A stretch of DNA of 63,967 nucleotides, filler included, from Octopus bimaculoides (GCF_001194135.2; 6 parts of 6 records of this genome joined end to end with filler, not necessarily neighbours in it); one strand, 5' to 3'. Counted from the first letter of the whole stretch, positions 1 to 12,730 are shown. Translations and numbers: made by a program. Notes: a model not told the origin generated them from the letters alone.

Positions 1-43
<43 letters not shown>
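1..43. repeat. (TA)n microsatellite
   Basis: Pure TA run at the window start. Confidence 0.95.
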
Positions 44-46
<3 letters not shown>

Positions 47-734
47 GCACAATTTATTTGTGATCAGAGTTGTTTGAAAACCAAGGTACCACTGTATATC
101 CTTACCATTTAACATTTGTTTTCTATGCTGGCGTGAGTTGGATCAAGCCAAGGTGTTGTATACATATGCTGTGTAATATCTATGGCTGAAGCTTGTGATT
201 CCAATCAGTGAAGAGAAACAACTGAGAGAATACAAAAGTGCACATGAGAGGCATCACATCTTCTACAGCAGAGATGTGATCATTGCTGCAGATCAAGTGC
301 AGCTTTTGTAGCCCAGATGCAAGCCTACCGGAGATGATTACTGAACAAGATCAGTCAACATTGACCAACGGTGGCCAGACAAGGAGGAAGAAGAAAAATA
401 TATACCCTAGGTGTTACACGCACAAACTGTATGCTATATATCATCATCATCATCTTTACATATCTGCTTTCATGCTGGCGTACATTGGATGATTTAAGAG
501 GATCCAACAAATTAGAGGATCACATTTAATTCCCCATCTGGCATCGTTTCAAGGGGTAGATGTCCTTCTGAACTCCAACCAACCACTAGTTTCATGGCAC
601 TGTAGGGAACCAAAACCTTGTGAGTGGATTTCAGAGATGGAAACTGAGAGAAGAATGTCATACAAATGAAGTCCCTTCTCTCCAATCTTCCTTGAAAGTA
701 ATTTTGGTCATGGGAAAATATTACTTTGCTCAGA

Positions 735-852
735 AACAGGTGAGGGTTGGTGACAGCAAAGGTACCCGGCCGTAGAAAATCTGCCTCACAGAATTCAGTT
801 TGGCCCCATGCAAGCATGGAAACAAGGATGTCGGAACAATGATGATGATGAC
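735..852 (+). mobile_element. RTE-type retroelement 3' tail ending in (GAT)n
   Basis: GGTTGGTGACAGCAAAGGTACCCGGCCGTAGAAAATCTGCC...CATGCAAGCATGGAAA...GATGATGATG; related to the reverse-oriented copies at 6.4 and 7.5 kb. Confidence 0.6.
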
Positions 853-898
853 ACTGTCTTATATAAGCTGTCTCTTCCACTTGTTATATATACACACT

Positions 899-959
899 GT
901 GTTATATACACAGTGTGTTATATACACAGTGTGTTATATACACAGTGTGTTATATACAC
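899..959. repeat. 16-bp minisatellite (GTGTTATATACACAGT) x~4
   Basis: Direct tandem copies visible. Confidence 0.9.
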
Positions 960-1837
960 GTATGAATAACATATCTTGAGAGTTTCTTGTATTTTATGGA
1001 AGTAGTGTGAGATAGACAATGCATGTAGGTGCATTAGCCAATGTATCCCTCCTTTTTTTAAGATAGTAAGATGTGATTTCAAGGATGATTAACTGTTATT
1101 TCCAGCAGATAAAGTAATTATATGGAGACACTCTTGCTGTCTTGTTAACAGCAATGTTGATGGAAGGCAGTTACAATTATGATGGTGGTGGTGGTGGTGG
1201 GGAGTTGGAGAGGATGAATAATATTCAATGTGATTATAATTGTTTGTTGTTGATTGTGAATATAATTTCCGTCAGTAAACTCAAAGGAAAATTATAAATA
1301 GACAGACAGGTGAATGGATAGATATTTGGATGGATGGATGGATGGTTGGACGGACGGATGGTTGGTTGGACTGGAAAATGGATAGAGAGAGGTAGATAGA
1401 TAAATATCTAAATGATTAAATATATACATAGAGTGATAGACAGATATCTAGATATGTAGAGAGCTAGATTTATAGATACATAGTTACAGAGAGGCAGATG
1501 GATGGATGGACGGACGGACGGACAGGTAGATAGATACAGAGCTAGTTAGCTAAGCTAGATAAACAAACTGACAGGCAGATATCTAAACAGAGAGATTTAT
1601 CGATAGACAAATGCATAGAGAGAAGGGCAGATGGCTGGAGAGAGAGAGACAACCATATATTGCTGTAAACTGCATATTTCTCGGTTTATATTTATTAAAA
1701 AAAAAAATAGAGCAAGGACTGGTGTGGCTGTCACGTGTCGTCCGTGCTTTTGCTTCCGTTCCTTGTCTAACTTCTCTCTACTTCAGACACAAATACACAC
1801 TTTGGGGGTTTCTTCAATTAATCTTCTCTCTTTCTTT

Positions 1838-1838
<1 letters not shown>

Positions 1839-1890
<52 letters not shown>

Positions 1891-2096
1891 NNNNNNNNNN
1901 NNNNNNNNNNNNNNNNNNNNNNNNNNNNNNNNNNNNNNNNNNNNNNNNNNNNNNNNNNNNNNNNNNNNNNNNNNNNNNNNNNNNNNNNNNNNNNNNNNNN
2001 NNNNNNNNNNNNNNNNNNNNNNNNNNNNNNNNNNNNNNNNNNNNNNNNNNNNNNNNNNNNNNNNNNNCTCTCTCTCACACGCACACACACTGTCTA

Positions 2097-2129
<33 letters not shown>

Positions 2130-2320
2130 ATCTCTGTCTCTCTCTCTCTCTCACACACACACTCTGTCTCTCTCTCTCTCACACACACACACTGTCTATC
2201 TCACACAAACACATACACACACACTGTCTATCTCTTTCACACACACACACACACATCTCTCTCACACACTGTCTCTCTCACACACACACACACACACACA
2301 CTCTCTCTCTCTCTCCTACA
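1839..2320. repeat. Compound (CA)n/(CT)n microsatellite with assembly gap
   Basis: Alternating CA and CT tracts around an N-run. Confidence 0.9.
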
Positions 2321-2571
2321 CACATCCACCCATTTCAAATGGAAGTGAGTTATGGCCTGGTACATGTTGAATGTTTTTGCTAATTATTTTAAGTTGCTTT
2401 CTGGTCACCAGGTGTAGACGGAGACAGCCTGTCACCTATGCCATCTTTGACCCAGTGGCACATTTATCAAGTGACAGCTGGAGGGAGAGTGAGAGCTGCA
2501 CCTCTGCTCAGCCACCACTCGAAACAACAAGACACTAAGGCTTTGCTCAAAGATGCAACAATTTACCTCTT

Positions 2572-2910
2572 TACTTTTTGACGTGCCATGCTGGAGCACT
2601 GCCTTCAATTATTTCTAGTTTAATGGATCAACCCCTGTACTTTTTTTTACACCTGGTAGTTATTCTGTTAGTCTCTTTTACCAAACCACTAAGTTATGGG
2701 GATATAAACATATCAACACTAGTTGTCAAGTGATGGGAGGGGGGACAAACACAGGCACAAGGACACACATATTGAACAGGCTTCTTACAGTTTCTGTCTA
2801 CCAAATCCACTCAAAGCTTTGGTTCACCTGAGGCTGCTATGCAGTGGAACTGAACCTGGAACCATGTGGTTTGAAAGCAAGCTTCTTACCAGCCAGCCAT
2901 GCCTGTGCCT
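2572..2910 (-). mobile_element. tRNA-derived SINE, family A (CORE-like middle)
   Basis: Reverse complement of the head GGCTGTGTGGTAAGAAGCTTGCTTCC...GGTTCAGTCCCACTGC and tail CAGTGCTCCAGCATGG shared with many copies in the window. Confidence 0.8.
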
Positions 2911-3820
2911 GGCCTAGGAATTGAAACTCTTCTCTTATGATTGTTAAGTCAACACCCTAACCACCAGGCCATGTGTTTTCATACCAGAACATTTCTAATA
3001 ACACATGTAACCAGCAGTGGAACTCATTGACCCTTTTGACCCCAACCCACCTGAAGCTGGTCCTGTTTCTCTCATAGAATTTCACTTGGGATCTAAAGGG
3101 ATCTAAATTTAAAGCTTACCCTTCCAAATTCCATCCTGATTTATGCTCTTTTACTGAAAGACATATTTTCACAGAAGAAAAGAAAGAACAAAGTGTAAAA
3201 GATCAAATCACTGCGACAAAGAAACTCAGAACTGCTTCACCAAGGAAACGAAGAAAAGGTGGGGGGGGGGAGTAGAAGTTTGTACATCCCAGAACAAACG
3301 GCATGTTTAGTCAAGCCTCACAGGCATGATTGCAAAGGTGTTGCCATGGAGAATGGCCAGTGACACTCAGTGCAGCAGTCATCTCACTTCGCATGGCTTA
3401 TTTTTTCGACTGGCTGCAATTATCCCAATTTTGCAAAGGAAATCAACAGTGCGGGGTCCAAGAACACCAGACATCTCGACAGTGGCTGCCACAAACTGAT
3501 ACAGCAGCCAATCAGACCTCTATTTATCTTTCTCTACTCTGCATTATGGGCTGCAATACCTGGGTTTGCAACCAGAGAACGTGTCACAGCATGTTGCATC
3601 CCAGATTAGGGATCTGCACCCAAATTCCAGTTTAATAACGACAAAATTATTTTAATAAATTCTTTATTGTTTTCAAAATTAATTGAAACAAAAGCAGTGG
3701 ATTTCAAGAGAAATAGGGTAGTGAAAGCGGTTTAACTGGCTGTTGTTATAGTTAAGGTCTTCTGTGGGGTTACTGTGAAGGTCTATACCCACATCTTGCT
3801 ATGAGGAACTCTCTTGGAAA

Positions 3821-4033
3821 TTCTTTTCTACTCTAGGTACAAGGCCCGAAATTTTTGGGGTAGGGGCCAGTCAATTAGATTGACCCCAGTATGCAACTGG
3901 TACTTAATTTATTGACCTCGAAAGGATGAAAGGCAAAATCGACCTTGGCGGAATTTGAACTCAGAATGTAAAGACTGACGCAATACCACTAAGCATTTCG
4001 CCCGGCGTGCTAACCATTCTGCCAGCTGGCCCC
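3821..4033 (-). mobile_element. tRNA-derived SINE, family B
   Basis: Reverse complement of GAGCTGGCAGAATGGTTAGCACGCCGGGCGAAATGCTT...GAGTTCAAATTCCGCC...GTACCAGTTGCATACTGGGGTC; A/B-box-like motifs. Confidence 0.85.
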
Positions 4034-4269
4034 CTTGGGAATTGTCATAATGGTACCCAGCACCCTCCCACTTCCTTACCTACCCTTTGCTGGGGTCATC
4101 TACCTCTTTTGACAGGTAATGCTTTTCTGTTTCTAGCATTTCCCTCCCCTCTCCCTTCACACTGCTAAGTTGGTGGTGGGGATAGTAGGGTGGCATCTCA
4201 GTTTAGTCACCAATGCCTTCTCTCGCCACCAACCATATACTGGATTACATGTAGCACCCACAACTATCG

Positions 4270-4395
4270 GACGTAAGTGTACCTAGGACTACATTATCCA
4301 ATGTACTGTTTTAAAAGAATGACTAAAATGTGATTTCGAGGAATGTTTGGCTGCTATTTCTATCTGGTTGAGTCACCTTATAAAGGCTTCCTCTA
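4270..4395 (+). repeat. Dispersed unclassified repeat (family E)
   Basis: CTAGGACTACATTATCCAATGT...GTGATTTCGAGG...TTTGGCTGCTATTTCTA; related segments at ~1020-1130, ~4760-4925, ~11525-11700 (-) and ~46515-46560 (-). Confidence 0.6.
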
Positions 4396-5359
4396 ACGAA
4401 CACTCATTGTTGTTTCCAATCTGTAGTAGTAGTAGTAGCGGTGGTGGTGGTGGTAGCTGTTGTCACCAAAACTGTTCTTGTTAAAAAGAAAAAAAAAAAG
4501 CTGTTACTGTCATTTCTTCTCTTTCTGATGTAAGTGTTGTTGTTGTCGCTGTATCAGGTTTTGCTGAATCTGTTCCTGTGCGACCAATATGTTTGTTTGT
4601 TTGTTTGTTTATTTATTCAAGATGTTTGAAACCACAAACAACAACAACAACAACAACAGCAGCAGCAGCCAACAACAGTTTGTTGACTCAGTTCTCTATT
4701 TCACACAACTCACAGCTTCAATCCATTTCTCTGTCATTACTATCAGACCTACACGGGGGTTGTTTAGCCCCAGGTGGTCCTACAGGGAACAGACCTATGA
4801 TCAAAAGCATTCTAACCATGACCCATCCTGTCTGTATGCAAGGAGTCCAGGACCACTTTATTCACTGTGTTTTTCTAATCCAGTGAGGTGTAATTTGAGG
4901 AAGATTTAACTGCTATTTCTTGCAACCACACAAAGACTCCTTCATTGACTCGTGTTACCTGCTGTCGTATCAAAAGTGTTACCTGCTCCATCCCCACCAT
5001 CCCCACAACCCCCCACACATGACGAAATTCTATATAAGCATTTGATATTGGTAGCAGGTAGCCGAGGCAAGAAGATCTTCTCTCTTGGAGTAAAGAATAT
5101 TGTGAAGAATTCTGTAAATGTTTACCGAAGTTCTGCAAGATGCCAGGTAGGTGTTTCACCATCTTTCACCGATGCCTATGCCATTACTGAGCTTCTCAAA
5201 AGTGAGAAATCAACAAAATAATTCTCAATCTTTGGATTGTTTTTGTGGCCTTTGTTAGTGTTGTTGTTGTTGTTGTTAGCTGTCAAATCCTGGGGTTGAT
5301 GTAATTGACTTTACTCCCCCCACCCCACCCTCTCCTAATTTCACACAACATACTTTGCA

Positions 5360-5545
5360 GTCTTGCTTCCAACTCGTTATGGTTCCAAGTTCAAATCCGA
5401 GTGAAGTCAACTTTGCTTTTTTCATCCTTTCACTGTTGATAAAATAAAATACCGGTAAAATACTGGGTTCGATGAAATTGACTAATGCCCCCCCCCTCCT
5501 CCAGATTACTGGCCTTGTACCTAAATCAGTGAAGATTCTTCTTCT
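5360..5545 (+). mobile_element. SINE family B, degenerate
   Basis: AAGTTCAAATCCGAGTGAAGTCAACTTTGCTTTT...ACTGGGTTCGATG...GGCCTTGTACCT. Confidence 0.65.
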
Positions 5546-5651
5546 TCTTCTTCTTATTGTTCTGCACTACAAAGTACCAGTTGAGCTCTGGCATTGATGT
5601 CTTTGAATTATCTCCACGCTTAAAATTGCTGACCTTGTGTCAAAATTTCAA

Positions 5652-5689
<38 letters not shown>

Positions 5690-5832
5690 TATTATTGTTG
5701 TTGTTGTTATCATCATCACCTTTCATGAATATTTTGAGGTTCCTTAAGAATTTTTGAGATTTTGTGAAGTGTTCTAGAAAGATTTTCTTTGAGGGTTTTT
5801 TGAAGTTTATTAAGCTTTTAAAAAATTTTTCT

Positions 5833-6040
5833 TTAACCCTTTCATTACTGTATTTCTGTTGAGATGCTCTGTGTTTCTTTCAATTAATTTCAAATAGAAC
5901 AAAGAATTTAGTAAAATAACTTAGTTGTCATTTAGCCAGTGTTAGGAAGATAAATTGTGACTAAGGTTTGGTGGAAGATTTTAATTCAAAACTTATGAAA
6001 ACAGAGGCAGTTTCAGCTAGGTTGGTATCGAAAGGGTTAA
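5833..6040. mobile_element. piggyBac-type non-autonomous element (MITE), copy 1
   Basis: TTAA-CCCTTTC ... GAAAGGG-TTAA termini, i.e. TTAA TSD plus CCC/GGG ends, typical of piggyBac. Confidence 0.8.
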
Positions 6041-6063
6041 GAATTGTTTCTCTATTATATATT

Positions 6064-6291
6064 TTAACCCTTTTGTTATCATATTTGTGTTGAGATGCTC
6101 TGTGTTTCTTTCAATTACTTTAAATATAACAAAGAATTTAGTAAAATAACTTAGTTGTCATTCAGCTAGTGCTAGGAACATAAATTGTGACGAAGGTTTG
6201 GTGGAAGATTTTAATTCAAAACTTATGAAAACAAGACATTTGTACTCAGAGCCAGAGCCAGTTTCAGCCGGGTTGGTCACAAAAGGGTTAA
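6064..6291. mobile_element. piggyBac-type MITE, copy 2
   Basis: TTAA-CCCTTTTG ... CAAAAGGG-TTAA; body nearly identical to copy 1. Confidence 0.8.
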
Positions 6292-6418
6292 GCAATTTTT
6301 GAGGTTTCTAAAATACTTTTCACCTTCTCTTGTCTTGTTCTTAATTGCTTTTAACTTTTCTTTCTCTCCTACAAATAGTGTCTCTCTGTTGTCCTACTTT
6401 ATTATGTATATATACATA

Positions 6419-6730
6419 TCATCATCATCATCATCATGTAACTCTGTTGTCCATGCTGGCATGGGTTGGACGGTTTGACTGAGGACTGGTGAGCCGGATG
6501 ACTGCACCAGGGTCCAGTCTGATCTGGCAAAGTTTCTACAGCTGGATGCCCTTCCTAATGCCAATCACTCTGAGAGTGTAGTGGATGCTTTTTACATGCC
6601 ACTGTCACGAGGGCCAGTCAGGTGGTTCTGGCATCGACCACGTTTGAATGGTGTTTTCTCCGTGCCATTGGCACGAGACCAGTCAACCACCACTGGCATC
6701 GACCAGTCAGCCACCACTGGCATCGACCAG
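6419..6730 (-). mobile_element. RTE-type 3' tail fragment with (GAT)n tail
   Basis: (CAT)n followed by TCCATGCTGGCATGGGTTGGACGG...GCTGGATGCCCTTCCTAATGCCAA; same family at 7540-7630. Confidence 0.65.
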
Positions 6731-8160
6731 GCAGCCAGCGCACACACACACACAGACACACGTATATAATGTACTGTTTGCTTGTTGGCAGGATCAGCAA
6801 AAAAGTACTCAATTAAGTGAGAGAGAAAAAAATGGATATCATTTACTGAATACAGGAGTTACAGAAGAGTTATTTAAAGTTTCCGGTTCAGGTGGGGCAG
6901 AGTAATTGGACAGGCTTGTACGGTACACCAAGCATGATCCAGCAATGGCCTTTTTTATTTCACCTGATTAATTTGTCACATTGTGCACAGCATATTTCAC
7001 AAGCCCAACTGACCGTTACACTGACCGAGTTATTTACTAAACGGGGAGTTAGTGACATAAATAACGACAAGAACACATTCATATTGGTGCAGGGACAAAG
7101 CACACAGAAAAGGGAGGTTAGCAGAATAATGTGAGATGGATGAAGGGATGAGAAACAGAACAAGTGGCTGGTTGGTTTCTGATGGGGGAAGTAAGGGTAT
7201 GTGCTGCACTTGATATTAAATATGGCTCTTGCTATGAATTATAAATCACCTTGTGAGTGAGTTTGGTTGACAGAAACTCTGTGGAAACTCATCATATATA
7301 AAGCATGTATGTGTTTCTGTTTGGCCCCACCACTGGTTGCCAACCAGTGTTGGTTTGTTTATGTCCCAGCAATTTAGCATTTCTTCAAATGTGCTGATGG
7401 AGTTAGTACTGACACTTGATTTATTTGACTTAAGGTGGTGCTCCAGCATGGCTGCAGAATGCACGTGCATGAAATTGAAAATATAAATTTACCCATCGCA
7501 CCCTGTGTTTATACATACATATATATATATATATATATCTCATCATCATTGTCATACTCGTCGTTTAACATCCATTTTCCATGCTGGCATGGATTGGACA
7601 GTTTGACTGAGGACTGGCAAGCCAGGAGGCTATATAGATACATGCACACACACACACACACATACAATCTTGTTTGTTTTCAAATTCCATTTGCATATAG
7701 TTATTTATTTTGTTATTTGTATTTTAATTCTAATTTATATTTCATTTGTTGACTCTGCTACCACCACCATTACCACTGCTACTGCCATCACATCACCACC
7801 ACATCCCTGGTCGTAAGAGTGCATTAAGAATCATTAGAATCAATTTAGTTATCAGTTGTGTAATTAATCTGAAATTTGTTGACTAACAAAATACGTTTTA
7901 ATCGTTAATCTCTTCCAAACTCTTGGATTTGTTGAGCATTAATCAGTTGTTTCTTACCTGTCAATGGCTTATCTTTGATCTGTGTGCAGTCTCACCTGTA
8001 TTAAAACTATCATGTTATCATAATCCGGTTACATCAGGATGTTTTCTTTCATAAGATCTACCTGTAATTTCATAAGATCTACCTGCAATTTCACTCCAGC
8101 AATCTGCTGTGGACCCTTTCTTTGACCGATAAAGACCCTGTAAGATTTTAGGATCAACGT

Positions 8161-8445
8161 TATCTTTTACTTGTTTCAGTCATTAGAGTACAACCCCAGG
8201 ACTTTTTTTTTTTTTTTTTAAATCCTGGTACTTATTCTATCGATCTTTTGCCAAACTGCTAAGTGACAGGGACGCAAACATACCAGCACCAGTTGTCAAG
8301 TAGGACAGTTTCTGTCTACCAAATCCTCTCAAGGCTTTGGTCAGCCTGGAACTGTAGCAGAAAACACTTGCCCAAGGTGCCACATGGTAGGACTGAACCT
8401 GGAACCATGGGGTTGGGGAAGCAAGCTTCTTATCACACAGCCATC
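8161..8445 (-). mobile_element. SINE family A
   Basis: Reverse-complement match to family A head, CORE-like box (CTTGCCCAAGGTGCCAC) and tail. Confidence 0.8.
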
Positions 8446-8589
8446 ACCATTATCATCATCATCATCTTTGTCATTGCCATTGTTGTCATCACCATCATCA
8501 TCATCACCATCATAGTTGTTGTTTTCAGGTCTGTAATAACAGTAGTTGTTGTCATCAAAGCTTTCCTCATTAAAAAAAACCTGTTACTG

Positions 8590-8620
<31 letters not shown>

Positions 8621-9281
8621 TCTTCTTCCTCTTCTTCTTCTTGATGTAATTATTGTTGTATTAGGTTGTGCTCAGTCATGTATGACCAATATTTTCTCAA
8701 CACTATTGTTTATTTGTTGCTTGTTTAAAATGTAATGTCACAAACAACAGCAGGCATCATCATCAGCGTCATCATCATCATCATCATCATCAGCGTCATC
8801 ATCAGCATCATCATCATCATCGTCTCCTCTCCTTTCGATGCCTGACATGAGTTACATGAATTGTTTCCCCGAGAAGAGCTGAACAATCACATTTTGCTTG
8901 AATTTCCCATTTTTTAGTAAGAGTTTTACACCTTAATTATGCCTGCACCTCTACCATTACCTGTTTCCCAAGTTAGGGAATTTTGATTCCAAAGGGATTA
9001 AAAAGTGCAGAGCTACAGGGTGATTGGTCAGTTGACAGGGAATGTCAACAAACCTCACTGGTTGCAGTCCAATTACAAATGGTGACGAAATTGTCTGTAG
9101 CATAGCTGCAGAATGATGATTTATATATATATATATATATATATATTAAGGGCATTACTACAGAATAATGCCAAATAATTATATTCTTGAGAATAGAAAT
9201 TTCCCTTACAAATTTTTTTACACACTGGCTTCCTGATAAAATTCTTGTAAAAGATTTTTATCCTTTTTTGAATTTATTAAT

Positions 9282-9315
<34 letters not shown>

Positions 9316-9317
<2 letters not shown>

Positions 9318-9638
9318 TGCAGGTGTAGCTGTGTGGTTAAGATGTTTGCTTCCTAACCACATGGTTCTTTGTTCAGTCCCACCGTGTAACATCATCTTGG
9401 GTGTGTGTCTCCTATTATACCCTTAGACCAACCAAAGTCTTGTGGATTTGGTAGATGGAAACTGAAGAAGACTGTCGTGTGTGTGTGTGTGTGTGTCTTT
9501 GTGTCTGAGTTTGTCTTCAATCATTGCTTGATGGTGTTGGTGTGTTTATGTTCCCATAACTTGCCAGTTCAGCAACAGAGACCAACAGAATAAGTACCAG
9601 GTTTAAAAACAAACCAGTACTGGGGTCAATTCATTCAA
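9316..9638 (+). mobile_element. SINE family A
   Basis: GCAGGTGTAGCTGTGTGGTTAAGATGTTTGCTTCCTAACCACATGGTTC...; internal (TG)n; tail GAATAAGTACCAGG. Confidence 0.85.
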
Positions 9639-10734
9639 CTTTAATGTATCTATAGAATCTGGCTGAGGGAGAGAGGTTGGGGGCAAAGGCATTAGCTATG
9701 ATATGTTTGTATAAGACCTCCATTGATTGGTTGAAGGAAAGAGAAGAGGAGGCTGCATCATATGGGCAGGAGTGTACTGAATTATCCCCGTTTTGAGTAG
9801 AGACCTGCTCCATATACTTGCGCCTGTGTGGCCTCTGTTAAAGCACACCCAAGGGTGGCCTTAAACCAGGAACCGTGTGAAGTCCACTCTGTCAAAATAC
9901 TCTACCAACTGTCTTTGCTTGAAAAGAACTTGTGGAAGATGTTTACCTCTCGTCAAGAAAATATTTTAATTATCTTCAACCAAAACTGATAACACGGCTT
10001 CACTTGCTAATTACTTTTAATGTGTTTTAAAAGAAAGTGCAAATCTAATTATGTTATCATTCTTCTAATTATCTAATTATACAATCACTACATATTAAGA
10101 TAAATGTATTCCACCAAGAAACTAAATATAATTTCTTATAATTAATTAATTGACTTCATTACAGTATATTCAAACTCCTCAAAGGAAAGCTGATATGCTA
10201 AGGTGAAAGTTTATCTGGGTACAAGGTAAACTTAGACAGTTTGAATAGAGAAACTAACCAATCTGCTGATGTGTTCATAAAACAAACTGTGTAATTGGAA
10301 CTGTTCTTGTCTGCAATGAAGTGTCTCATGATATGTCTTGTAATCTCTTTGATGTTTCTCTGACAAGTATGAAGAGCTGCTAACTGAGAAGAATGAAGTG
10401 TTTGTTGTGTATTTTGTTGGTGGGGGGCAAGGGATTAAATATCTAGAAAGAACATTTGATGGGTAAATCTGTGTACGACAAGACACACTAGAAAATGAAA
10501 TGTTATCTGGAAGCTAGGAATTAGGGCATCTCTTTTTTTTTTTTTTTTTTTACTTCTGCTTTAATTTGGGGTTTTCACTTTGGGACAAATGGTAGAATGA
10601 CCTGAACTCCCTGGCTTTGAGGACAGAACAATAAAAGACTGTATCATGAACAGTAGCTTTCTTCTTTAGAACCACAAAATATTTCAACCTGTAACAACTC
10701 TGAAAATTCTGCAAAACTCTGGAGAAAGATGCAA

Positions 10735-11005
10735 TGGAGTACTTCCACGTTGGAGTACTTCCACATTGGAGTACTTCCACGTTGGAGTACTTCCACATTG
10801 GAGTACTTCCACGTTGGAGTACTTCCACGTTGGAGTACTTCACTATGGAGTACTGCCAGAATGGCAGACTTCCACATTGAAGTACTTCCACAATAGAGTA
10901 CTGTCAGAATAGAGGACTTCCCTTTGAAGCACTTCCACAATGGAGTACTGTCAGAACGGAGTACTACCAGAATGGGGTCCTGTCCCAATTGAGGACTGCC
11001 ACAGT
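10735..11005. repeat. 16-bp minisatellite (TGGAGTACTTCCACGT) x~17
   Basis: Near-perfect units on the left, degenerating to the right. Confidence 0.92.
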
Positions 11006-12029
11006 GAAATCCTGCTGTTACACAAACAATTTAAAATTATACTGAAATAAAAGACATTTCACTGTTTAACTCTGCACTCCAAACTCTTCTATACAGAAAT
11101 AATGTCTCCTTCCTCTTCCTTCTCTACTGCTACTACAATGGCCTCTATTCATTAAACCTGATTGGTTCATACCACCATTACTCATACCCCCTGGTCCCAC
11201 ATTAGTCGCTATGACTAATCCTTCTTCCTCAGACACCCCTTACCCTGGAATTCTCTCACTGCAGATTATTTTCCTGTTGGCCATAAAGTTAATGTCAACT
11301 TTGGATGGTCATAAAGCTGTGACCAACCTCAGAGGGTCAGTGAATGTCTTCGACATAGATCCTTCCTCCAATAATCCCAGTGATCCTGTGAGGACCTATT
11401 GAAAATGTGGTCATGTCACCTGACCCTACATCAAACCATTAAAGATCTATCCTGTACAGAGTGGTTCTGGACACCATCTGGACACAGCTGCTACAACAGT
11501 AGCAAACACATGCAAATAGATAGGATTTTTATATAGTCACTTGACGTGCTAGAAATAGTAGCTATATCTCCTGCAATTCTCACGCTACCACCTTTGAATC
11601 AGAATGGAAAGGTATGTTGTATAACTGAGGACTTGTTATATTATGTCTGAAGACTAGGGGAGGATGGTCAAGAATGGAATGTCAGCTAGATCAAACTAGA
11701 TACCTTCTTCTGTTTCCCCTTCCTTCATTCCTTCATGTTTAATATTGTTTTCTTATTTATCAATATTGATTCAAAGATCAACTTGACCTTTCATCTTTCT
11801 CTGGCCAATAATCTCCACCTCCTCCTCCTCCAAATTATGTCATTGCCAAGGTAATCATTGCCATTCATTCTTCCACAGTCTTCTTCATAGTTTTCTTCTT
11901 CTGTTATTGGGGAAACCAATGATGTGATAAATGGGTTCATGGGGCGGGGTACTCCCTCCACTTGAAATCTGAACCCTCAGCTGTCATCATCTTGTTTGAA
12001 GCAGGAATACATTTGAGGTAGAAGTGTAG

Positions 12030-12600
12030 TTGACCGATTATAGACTGGACTCTCACTCATACAGGCAGGGGGATAGTATTTCCTCTCTTGAGCTTAGGAT
12101 GTTGGTTGTAGTTAGGATGTTCGAGTTGCACAAAAGCTGCATCTGGAGCTACATATATTGTAGGCCTTTGCTTGTGCTATGGTACTCTACATGTCAGTAG
12201 AGTTGTTGGTACCACTGTCTTTCAGATACCAGTTGTACTTTGAGAGTCATGTAGAGTTCCCTATGCAGACCTTAAATTCAGTGTCTATGAGACTGATATA
12301 CATTTTGGTTGTATCCTTGCTATTGTATACTTCAGCTTTGTAAATGAGTTCTTTAGAGAGGCATTTATTTTCAAGCAGACATTGTGACCTGTCTCTGAAA
12401 TTACAAATTCATGGGGCTGGCTTTAAATTGTTGGTATATGCAGCTGTTTCATTGTTGTTCAATATCTGAAATCCGATATCATCAGCTGACGTAACCATAT
12501 TCATATTGAACAGTTTATTGTATCTGTGTGGTCTAAGCTAGTGCTCTCTTATTTGAGAGAAATCATCCAGTAAAATTGATGCATATGTTTATACTGCTGA
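12030..12600 (-). mobile_element. Penelope-like element remnant (GIY-YIG endonuclease region), heavily decayed
   Basis: Minus-strand translation fragments HRYNKLFNMN, CNFRDRSQCLLENKCLSKELIYKAEV and NILSSREEILSPC resemble PLE C-termini; stops and frameshifts present. Confidence 0.75.
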
Positions 12601-12730
12601 GAGGGGGGATGGGTGAAACCCCGTTCTGTTTCTGATTATCTCTCCTTTGTTCTCTTTGTTCCTTTGCTCCTGTTTTCCCCTCCTTGTCTTTTCTCCTCCT
12701 TGTCTTTACACCCTACAATAGAATTATAAA

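Noticed and set aside
1611-2383. Long ORFs of HT/YI/CV/X runs throughout the track (also 15.5, 22, 24-25, 27.6, 29.1, 34.6, 53.4, 61.1 kb)
   Set aside because: Translations of microsatellites and N-gaps.
3175-3258. Possible 84-nt plus-strand exon (EKKEQSVKDQITATKKLRTASPRKRRK)
   Set aside because: Donor is GT plus a poly-G run, purine-rich low complexity, no recognisable homology.
10735-11005. CRISPR-like appearance of a palindromic repeat array
   Set aside because: No unique spacers, 16-bp contiguous units, no cas genes, eukaryotic context.
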